This document shows positions 54,501 to 64,000 of a stretch of 64,000 nucleotides of DNA, piece after piece (position 1 is the stretch's first letter; each line of letters starts with the position of its first letter). Made by a program: the position numbers and the translations under genes. The notes beneath the pieces are model-generated. The model did not search any database. It was not told the origin of the DNA and saw nothing but the letters and a program-made list of their open reading frames with translations. Source of the stretch: Kudoa neothunni (Eukaryota; Animalia; Cnidaria); assembly GCA_964304625.1 (NCBI GenBank), contig OZ199839.1:3826670-3890669 (forward strand). Reading direction: 5' to 3'.

Positions 54501-55367
54501 TGATTTAAAAGGAATAAATGTATCTGTCAAAATACCGAAGAAAAATAAAATCATGTATTTCACTAAAAATTCTGTGCCGTATTCTGTACTGTTAAGGTGA
54601 AACGTAAAATAATGACACTCTTTAGACCCAAGATCTCGCCCAATTCTCAACCAATAGTTCATTACACTGTCAACCATAAATTTATATCAGACATTAAATT
54701 TATTTGTCTAAACAATCTCGAAGGACTTAGTACAAAACTTCGCATTCTTGGATGCGATTGTGAAATTTCCCTGTCCAAGGAGCCTGCATTTAAATGTCTT
54801 ATCGATGACACTTCATTAATATTTCTATCTTCTGGAAAAATCCATGATTGGATGAGGTGATTCTTGCCCAGCCTTATGTTTTTTCATATTCAATGTTATA
54901 GAATCCGAATTGGAGAATCTAGATGTATCTTTATCGATGGCAGCAAATCAGTTGACCTACAAATAGAACAGCTCATCGGGAAATTCAAACTTAGAATCAA
55001 AATGGATGACATTTATACGCGTTGTGTGGTATATAAATATTGAATATAGTTTGTGTTGATTGAATATGTATAGAAATGCAACCATAAACCCTTGGTTGTT
55101 GTGTCATCTGAGGAGCTTTCCTACATAAGAAATCCGCCAGTCAATCATCTTCTATCAGCCCCTTTTAGTAGTGTAATTTGCTTCAAGAATAGATGGTTTC
55201 TTCAGACTCAAGTTCCTATTAAGCTAGAATTTATATCGAATGAGGCTTTGAAATCTAATGATTTTTTCGATGGTTGTATCAACTGTGGTCAGCTTTACTA
55301 TCAAGGTTCTCATCGTGTACGATGGGACTCATTTGTTAAACAACTTCAATTAAAATATGAATGTTAG
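48558..55367 (+). CDS. EXD3: EXD3 / mut-7 / Nibbler 3'-5' exoribonuclease (multi-exon; ~3-kb TE-containing intron region at ~50.1-53.0 kb)
   Basis: DEDDy exonuclease motifs VGLDMEW, IIQLA...VYLID, GLSLLVNRLFGKCLDKQLQCSNWGSRPLSNDQILYS|ASDA. Mut7-C domain 'NLEGLSTKLRILGCD', 'TRCV|KCN' and 'CINCGQLYYQGSH'. Linking the 48558-50067 exons to the 3' part is inferred from position and domain order. Confidence 0.85.
51354..51930 (-). mobile_element. hAT (Charlie/GTF2IRD2-like) deletion derivative inside the EXD3 intron
   Basis: TIR caggggtcggaacct / aggttcccgacctctg; TSD gtgtaaaa/gcgtaaaa; residual transposase C-terminus 'YHTLQ...KDMKTKLR...SLNACMKLNLTT.QPHY'. Confidence 0.9.
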
Positions 55368-55459
55368 CAATCCATTAGCTTGTTTCATTTGAGTCATTCG
55401 TTTCTCATCGTTTTTTTGATTTTCACTCTCAAATCTATATAAAACCAAGTATTCGAATT

Positions 55460-55945
55460 AACCCTTTATGTAAAATGTAAAATGGGGTAGAAATCTACCA
55501 CATATTTTTTTAAACTAAAACTATTTAAAATAAATAGTTATTTAATTTGGAACAGTATTAGTCAATTCCATCGATTAGATTTTGAGTAAATCAAGTTACA
55601 CTATTATTAAGCCCATGTGCACAAGCTCTTCTCTCGTTTTTTGTGCAATGAGTTTGTGCAAATACAGTGACAGTTACTAAGATTCGACTTTTCAGACACT
55701 TATTATAGCCTATTAACGAAGAGTCTTCAGGTAAATGCGATTTTCGTATAAATCTTCCAGTCGATTGTCTTATTGACACGAATGGAACATTATGGGAGGC
55801 TGAGACTTCACTATCAACTCAAGCATCAGCTGATAACACTTTGTATAGTCGTTTCGATGTTGCCTCTTACATAAAACAGAATATTAATTCGAGGGTCGAT
55901 ACATTTCGGACATTCTTCAATCAACAAGTGCACGACATAAAAACT
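55460..55945 (+). mobile_element. 5' fragment of a piggyBac related to the 25033-27302 element
   Basis: ttaa-ccc end with aaaatggggtagaaatctacc subterminal motif. Translation 'CLIDTNGTLWEAE...ASADNTLYSRFDVASYIKQNINSRVDTFRTFF' aligns to 'SLIDKNGTLWTIE...TAAENILTSRAGVSSFVLQNVNEILDTFKVLF'. Confidence 0.75.
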
Positions 55946-56925
55946 ATCCACAAAATATTGAAAAATGTCACAATTAAAACACCGCTGGTTGTTAACGATA
56001 ATTTCCGAATCATTTAATAAGTTAAATTAAGCATCTAATTTAACAAGTTTAACTTTATTTTCTTATTTAATGGGTTTTAATACAAATATATATCATTCCA
56101 TATTAACAAAGTCTTGAAAATTGTTTTCTTGATGATTAATTTCTTAATAACCACACCCAATAAATCCCGAAATACATATTGGTTCAAAATAGATCAAATG
56201 CGAGATATTTATATTATTTTAGTTTTTAATGTTACAATATACCACGAAAAATACTTTTACACTTCTTTGATTACAACCGGTTCTACAAACAAAAAAATTC
56301 CCCGCTTTCCTGTCTCGAGATCTTGAACAGTAACAGCATCACTCGCGACAAAGAAATTCAAGTGATTATAATTTATACTTGAAAATTTACATGTAGACAA
56401 GAACTCCAATATAAGCCAATGACTGTTGGCTTGCCAAGTCTTCAAATAATGCTGATAATTATAATTGTCAAACTTGTTAGTATTTAAAACAACATTTGAG
56501 AACAAGACTTGCCATCAAATTTGAGGAATGTTAACCTTGAGGTTTTGAAAAATATTTTGTTTAGAGCTTTTAGTAATTTGAAGTTCCTCAAAAAACCAAT
56601 TAACACCATCCTTATCTTCGTATATATTTCGATTGCATTTATTATCTTCAGAAACAATTGAATGGCGGAAATAACCAAATTATCAAAATTTATCATAAAA
56701 TTCATTTATCTCGGATTCAATTCCATTCAAAATATTACATTAAGAACCATTTACGACAGCATCACTCATCGGTATTTGTCGTACACATAGTTTTTTTCAA
56801 ATTATCTCTGTTTCCTCTCGATAAAAATTTTATTTAATTCTAAAAATTGTTTTAAATCTTTGTTCTTTGTTGTTTGGGAAAAAAACATGGGGCCGTTGGA
56901 CTCTAATAGAAGAAATGTGTAGGTA

Positions 56926-58839
56926 CAGTAAGGCCTCGGTACAGGGGGGCTTTTGAGGAAAACAATTTCCCACGCAATAACAAGGCCACTCGCAATATCG
57001 ATGTCTCGAGCATGTGCAAACACAAATAACATTTTTATTTTTTTTATGAAATGGCTATTTATTTTAGTTTGTTTCTCTTGCATTTTAAATATTTCGTATA
57101 AACGATCCATGTCAGGATGTAGAGAGAGAGCAAAGCTGATGGGTTTTCAGCTATAAAGGCCTTCCTAATTGTGCTGATCGAGGCTTTTAGTTGTTTCGTT
57201 GAGACTGTTTCTTTTTTCAAATCAAAATCGAGGTCTTCAGTACATATGGAATTATTTAACTTTCTTGTGTCGTAGCTGTCAGACCATCATCATGAACAGT
57301 TTCAGCCTCTTCCATAGAGTCAACGTCATCGAGGTCATCTAATATAATCAAACCAGATAAGCAACAATTAATACCGTCAATAATTTCATGATTTTCATAA
57401 TTAGAATCAATTAATGATTTTTCTGTATGTATATTAAATATTTTGAATTCAACAAAAATATCTCTACCGAAAATAGGAGATTTCTTGAAACAATTTATTA
57501 TAACTGAATTACTAACTGTTTCCCAAGCATTGTTTAGTGTACTTAGGCAATCTACTATGGTGTATTTCGGAATACTTGTAGCGTCGTCATCAAATAAAAG
57601 ATTTTGGACCAATATTTTTCTATAGTTTGCCTTAAGACTATTAATAACACCGAGATCCATTGACTGCACGGTGCTGGTGGTATTTTTTGGGAGAAATAAT
57701 TATTTGATGTTCGTAAATGAATTAATTGATTTAGGTTGAGAAGGGCATTGATCTAATAATATAAGAACGTTTCTGCTTTCTCGAAAAAAATTTATTGTCC
57801 CAAATCTTTTAGTGTCCCATAGAAAATAGCTGTTAACATCCAACCATTTTTTTGAGAGAAATATTTGCAGGAGAAATCATTCGCCCCTTTAAAACAACGT
57901 GGTTTTTTTCAACTTACCAATAACATAAAGCGGAAGTTTTTCTCCAACCAAAGATGCAGTTACCAACACGGTCACTCTTTTTTGAACGTTTACAGCCCCT
58001 CACTTCGATTTCGTCTTTTGTTGTAAGTACGATAAGTATGTATGGGAATTTGTTCGTAAAAAGAGAAAAATCGTCAAGATTACAAATATTTTCATGATTG
58101 TAATTACTTATTGCATTCGAATATTGACCTATCCATTCATTAGCTGCCATCACATCGGCATTACCTGCCTCTCCGTGGAGCTTTTGATTTTTCAAACTGA
58201 ACCGTTTTTAGAAATTGCAAAAACCACCCATTACTGGAATGAAAATCTTTGAATTAAAGATTATTTGCTATAAGCATTGGCTTTTTCTTTAATTTTAAAT
58301 TTTGAGATATTTTTCTATTTTTCTCGCATGCTAACTATCCAATTATACAACTCATTTTCAATCTGAGTGTATTTTCCCCCAGAAACTCGTATTCGGTCAA
58401 TTGAAACGTTGGAACTAATAAGTTAATCTTTTTTTGATAATATTTTATCGAGAGAGGAATGACTTATTGTGATTTATCGAAAGCCTAAAATCTAGTCATT
58501 ACTTGGCAGGTTATAATGCTTCATTGTCATCATTTTCGCCCCAGATATCGTTTTAATCGAGTCGTGATATTGAATTATTTGAATTTTTTCTCCTATGCTC
58601 CTCTGAGATAGTCCTACCATTATTTTATTGGGGTCAAATATTGGATTAATCGGGTTATTTTATCAAAAATGCCATGCAATAGCGAAGCCATCGATATCTG
58701 TAATTTTGAATTTGATTGACCCACAAATTAATAAACGTATTTTGAAACATGTTATCTATTGATTGGAACACTTTGTCGAAACTTTTTATGTTAGAAAACA
58801 ACGAAAAATCTTCAATTACGCTATATCGAGGCCCTACTG
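56926..58839 (-). mobile_element. pogo/Tigger transposon, transposase pseudogene
   Basis: TA-cagta(a/g)ggcctcg TIRs at both ends; motifs 'LHGEAG', 'QSMDLGVINSLKANYRK' and 'NAWETVS...INCFKK'; multiple disruptions. Confidence 0.9.
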
Positions 58840-58979
58840 TATTTTGATTATTTCATGGCCTGAACATACAAATTTAAATTTTCTGTAATGTTCTAATAGA
58901 ACTCATATTTGTAGGAGAATAGATATGTTCTTTAATTCACCGATGTAACATCAGGTTCTCTAAAATTGATCCAAACATC

Positions 58980-59020
58980 CATTGGGGTCCAATGGACCCC
59001 AATGACGCTCGGAAGGTTAA
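58980..59020. repeat. Isolated piggyBac terminus with subterminal palindrome
   Basis: cattggggtcc-aat-ggaccccaatg hairpin followed by ...ggaagg-ttaa. Confidence 0.5.
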
Positions 59021-59139
59021 ATGTCAACTTTTTCTGAATTAATGACGCACACAAAAGTGCGTAAAACTGGACTCGATCAGGGAGTCTAAACCTTGTGTTT
59101 TCCACAAGATCTTGGGATTTTTCGACTAACCTCTGGTTC

Positions 59140-59141
<2 letters not shown>

Positions 59142-59189
<48 letters not shown>
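59142..59189. repeat. G48 homopolymer
   Basis: Directly visible; it produces the spurious poly-Pro ORF 58932-59195. Confidence 0.95.
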
Positions 59190-59191
<2 letters not shown>

Positions 59192-60515
59192 TCACTTAGA
59201 GCCAAATCTTTGGTTTTTTGTTTATATACAAAACATTTAGATTATTGAATTTATTGAGATCAGTTTATAAATAATAAGTTTCATAATTAGGTAGAACAAT
59301 CATATTTATTGTTAAAGTAATGGAGAGAATTAAAATTATTCGAAATTTTAAAAAGATATCACGGTCGTCGGCAAAGTAACGTGCTGTTTTCCCGACCCCT
59401 GGGTAATTGTTATTTAATCAATTATTCTTATTATTATCTGATTTTATTTGGGATATTTCAACGCCATATTAAAATTTTCTTTTTTATAACATATTTTGAA
59501 GTTACTGACGTATATTATTTTAAAGTGTGCGTGGGATAATATGTGCTCCAATCAAGATTGGTTAAAAATAGTTAGTTAAACATTTGCGATAGTTGGAATT
59601 TCTTTCCTTAGATATTGATCAAGCCAATATTTAAAATCTAATTCATTAATGAACACATTAAAAACTAAACAAACTAACTCATTAAAGTCTGTAACTGTAA
59701 AATGTACACTTATCGCAAAGCAGTTGATCAGAAGAAATAATAACACGTGTTTGACGTCGCAACCAACAAAGAAACTAATACATGATGTGAGCAGCGATGT
59801 TGTGAGCCCACGATACCTTGAGCGCTTGAAAAATGGATAAACCTTCCTAACTAAGGGTTGTGAAGATGATGATGATTCAATTGACAACAATAATTAGAAA
59901 ACATGTTAAAATTAAAAAATTTTTTATTTTATTAATACTATTATGTTTTCTTTGCGATCTTGGGTATTTTCCGATAGTCTCACTGGACGTCCTGGACGTG
60001 ACACATTTTTCTTGGTTCCGAGGGGATTATGTGAAATTGGTTTCCTACTGTAACAATATTACTGCATACATGCACCAAAAATGAGAAAAATCGAGCCCAA
60101 CGAATTTCACACACTATTTCAATGGTTCTGAGATGATTGTGTAAAGTCGGTCACCTATTGTACATTGTATTACCAAATTTTATGTTGCCTCATAAATGCG
60201 AGAAAATTTTTGAGATATAAATATTAAAAATCTCGACGTGTAACGGTAATTTTATGACAGTTATCAATTAATTCAAGGCCAAAATAAAAAATATGGTCAT
60301 AAAGTGTTAGATATCCGATATATCTGAATCTCCATAGATCCAAATATATGCGCGCGCAAAAATGCCAAATAAGGTCATTTAACCGCAAGAAATATTTATG
60401 TTTATTAACATTAAAAAATTCTGCGCATTGTAACTACAATCAAAGATAAATATTTTTCGGTGCTATTTGACCTCAATTAGTTTATATGTACAAAAAACGA
60501 TTCAACAACTAATAT

Positions 60516-63126
60516 TTATTTTTTTCTTTTCTGCAGTTTACTGGTATCAGGAGTTTCTCCGCTGTTGGTTAGGGCGGAGCCGAGAAAATTAGACGTTGAC
60601 TTAAAGCTACTTTCCTGCTCTTCCTCATTATCTCCACTTTCATTATCAGCTTGAAAGACTGGTTTGGGTTGAGTCCTTAATCGCACGATAAATAAATTTG
60701 TATGATGAAAATAGAGGAGAATACTTTTTATATGCAGGTGCCACAAAGTAAGGATCCTCTTCGGCTAACTAAACAAAATTTAAATTACCCTCAATAAACA
60801 AAGTCATTTATTTATATAATCGTTCGCATGTATGAAACTAGATCAAGATAAAATTAATTACTTTAGCGTATTTAAGAATAGCTTCGCGAGGGTTGTCATC
60901 TCCATCATCTTTTTTACTAATTCCAAGTTGTTTGCACATATAGGCAGAGACTGTAAGGGTAGAAGTTAGACGACCACCTTCACCAGGTCCAACCACAGGT
61001 AGCTCAGGTTTCTTTGAGAGAACAGGGTCGATTTGAGCTTTTGCTTTCATCTTGAAGTAACTTGGATTGTCTGCCATCTTCGTTGATCTGGCAAAAGCTA
61101 AATATTAGATATATTACAAAATTAACGCTAATATTGTGGTTGGTTTTACGTAATAGAACTCTTGGTTGAACGAGAATTTCACCGGCATATCGTCTGCATT
61201 GTTTCACATGGGTTACACATTTCAAAATGCCACCCTTACTAGAATCAGGATCAAAGTACACATCTATATTTCCATTGGAACATCCAACAAACAGCTGATT
61301 CAATTTGGGATGCCACAATTGACTGACGACACTCTAGATTTACAATCAAAATCCTTAACTACTCCCCAATCTCTTAGATACTGTATTTTCATAGGGAAAC
61401 TCGTGACATTTTTCTCCAGTAACGGTATCAAATATTTTCAAATATCCTGTAGTCTAAAGAAAAACATATGAATTCAACGTACAGAGACAGAGCATTTGTC
61501 ATAGTAACTACATTGGTTTTAGTTATTGACGTCCCAGTAATCAACATTTTGGAGTCTGGGCTAAAAATACATTTGGTCCTAAGGTGAACCGCTAGAATTT
61601 AAACAAAACAAGTCAACCAGTTGTATTACACATCATTTGTATTGATGAGATCATTCCAGGTGAAGATTGGCGACTTGAATTTGCGTATATCGAAAAGTTT
61701 CATGCAGTCATCAGTTGACCGAGATGAAAGGTAGTTTCCAGTAGAATCAATATCAAGACAGGAACAATCGAATCCATTGGAAAATGCATCTGTAATAGAT
61801 GCGGCTGGAAATCCCTAAAATTAACTCTAATTATTGGCCTCTTAACATCCAGAAACATACAGATGACTTTCTTAGGTCAAAACTCTGAATAGCTCCACCC
61901 TAGCATATAAAGATAACTTTCTAATTTTCCATTGATCCAATAATACATTTGAGGCTGCATATGCAACCTTCCCATCTAACGAATAGACGCAGTTGGTAAC
62001 GGGTTGAGGTTTACCAGATTTTCCTCGAAATTTGATAATTCTTTGACAGTTTCTAGGACATTCAACATTTTTCCAAATTCTGATGGTTCTAGTAAAAAGA
62101 AAATTCTAGGAGCACTTAGAATGCAAACAATTTACCCATCTTGTGAACATGTCATAAATTCATTCAAATTTACTGGATTCCAACAGGCATTGTAGGTCAT
62201 CGACACATGACCCTAAACCGAGATTCGTGATGAGCTTTGTTGGCATATCAACAATTTTGTAGAAAAAAACAATAAAATTACCTTAGTGTGTTGCATGTCA
62301 ACAATGTATTGATCTCCCTTCACACACTCGTAGACACTTACACCATCTTTGTCAAGTAATTTGGCCTAAAAACTGAATAAAAACAATTAGCCTGATAAAT
62401 TAGTTTACTTGGGCATTTGATGCGCAAACCAAGATCAGATCATCTCCAGGACTAAACGAAACGTTTCTTATTAAATGTTGGCCAACTGGAGTAGACTGGC
62501 GGAAAGACTTGAGATTCCTATCCATTGTATGGAAATCCCAAAAGTTCAACTATTAAAAATTTCCTCAGTAAATTTTTTGAACGACATAATTTTAAGGCCA
62601 CTATTAAAAATAATATACTTGATAGTCATAGCTCCCAGTTACAAGTCGAGTACCATTGGAATTGCATGTGATAGCAGATATCTAATTATACACATTTTTA
62701 TCACTACATCATTAAAAATTAAAAAAATTACAATTCTCGATCCATGATTCAATGTGACAATATTTGAAAATGGAATATGTGCGTTTGTAATCTAAATTAC
62801 AAAAGAATCCAAGATAAAATTAACAATCCACTCAATAACTTCGTTTTCATCTTCATCACCTTCATTATCACTTTCGGACGAAACGACTCTATAGTTTTAT
62901 ATCTAAACGATTTTTTTCTTATATTGACATTACTTTTTATCAGTTTTTTGTTGATTTGACTTATTATAATTAACTTTGGTCTCCTCTATAATTTCTTCCA
63001 GGGATATTTCAGACCCCTTTTTACCTACAAACATTTAAATGAAAAATTCCAACATATTCAGTAGCATATACCAGGATATCTAAATCCCATCTGTTTTTCA
63101 AATTCATCGCCCAAATCACCTTCCAT
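60516..63126 (-). CDS. WDR70: WD repeat-containing protein 70 (GAD-1), multi-exon
   Basis: MEGDLGDEFEKQMGF...; 'IPFSNIVTLNHGS'; 'ECVKGDQYIVDMQHTK|GHVS...WNP...FMTCSQDG'; 'WHPKLNQL...YFDP..SKGG'; 'KPELPVVGPGEGGRL'; 'NPREAILKYA'. Confidence 0.93.
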
Positions 63127-64000
63127 TTTACTCGACTATCATCGTCTGTGGTCGTTTCCTAGCCAAAATTTATTAATTATTTATGTTATCTACATTTTTT
63201 GGAGTCGATACTCCATTAAGTTACATGATAAATTAATTTTTATTCGGATATTCCTTTTCTTAAAACCCTGAATTTAATGAATTGCATCGTTTTAAGGAAA
63301 AATTCGTCTTTTCAATCTCTAAACTCACAACTCATTGAAGTTTAACAGCTTTCATAATATGAGATACACATGGGTTATTAGAGTACGTTGAATTCTTTAT
63401 CATTAAAAATATACGTTTATTTATATTCAAACACATTTAATTAATTTATATAAGTTGTTGAAACTACTTAATCATTAATAAATATGAAATATAATTAATT
63501 AAATTTTGCGTTACGTTTAAATTAGGCAGAGGCTATATTTAATTATTTCTGACATATAAGAGCGAAGCAATGGGCCAGATACGATATGAAGAAAAATTGT
63601 CCGCGCGCGCGTGGATATGTGGAAACATTTGAAAAATGAGCAATAACGGAAATACGAACTTCAGTACCTTGAAAAAACAGTAATAATAATTTTCTTTTGT
63701 TTGATGATTACTTTTACAAAAAGGATTATTCCACAAAAAGATAATATTGGAAGTGTCAAAATAGGAAATGCCATGGAAGATTAAGAACCGACCCCTCTGA
63801 AAATCACAATGTTGAAAAAATTGATTTTAATAATAACACTATATCCTCTGATTAAAAGATTCGGCTAAATTACAATATACGTATAATCTTCGTCAGTTAT
63901 CGTGAGCATTCGAAAAAATCGTATTATAATTATTTTTTGCAAAAATATTCACACTCGAAGATACTGAAACAATTTCAACATTTATTCTAGTTATTCTTGA

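Noticed and set aside
58932-59195. Poly-proline ORF
   Set aside because: It is only the antisense reading of the G48 run, with no other coding signal.
3043-63126. Stop-codon reassignment or readthrough as the cause of fragmented ORFs
   Set aside because: The stops fall inside GT-AG introns, and long exons (SUCO, transposase) translate cleanly with the standard code.
1-64000. CRISPR array, rRNA, intact tRNA or prokaryotic operon
   Set aside because: No spaced direct-repeat array or intact structural RNA was seen, and the genes are intron-containing animal-type genes.

Overview
AT-rich eukaryotic (animal) DNA with very short GT-AG introns (~29-65 nt, acceptors mostly TAG, some AAG) and strongly diverged proteins. 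This resembles a reduced animal parasite such as a myxozoan or orthonectid, but the taxon is an inference only. Conserved genes assembled by hand across introns: MO25/CAB39, a C18orf63/DUF4708-like gene, SUCO, EXD3/mut-7/Nibbler and WDR70. Lineage-specific loci: three paralogous, motif-degenerate class-A GPCRs with the same two intron positions; an orphan gene at ~9-10 kb; and a tandem pair of 7-exon secreted saposin-like (SAPLIP) genes at 39.3-42.9 kb that the ORF track misses completely. The saposin pair is the most interesting system here. Intergenic DNA is full of DNA transposons: one nearly intact piggyBac, several dead piggyBacs, two pogo/Tigger elements, IS630/Tc1 relics, hAT derivatives and a Merlin-like MITE family with reciprocal nesting. 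Several single-base frameshifts fall in A-runs and are probably assembly errors. No rRNA, intact tRNA or CRISPR array was seen. All identifications come from recognising motifs by eye; no database searches were run.
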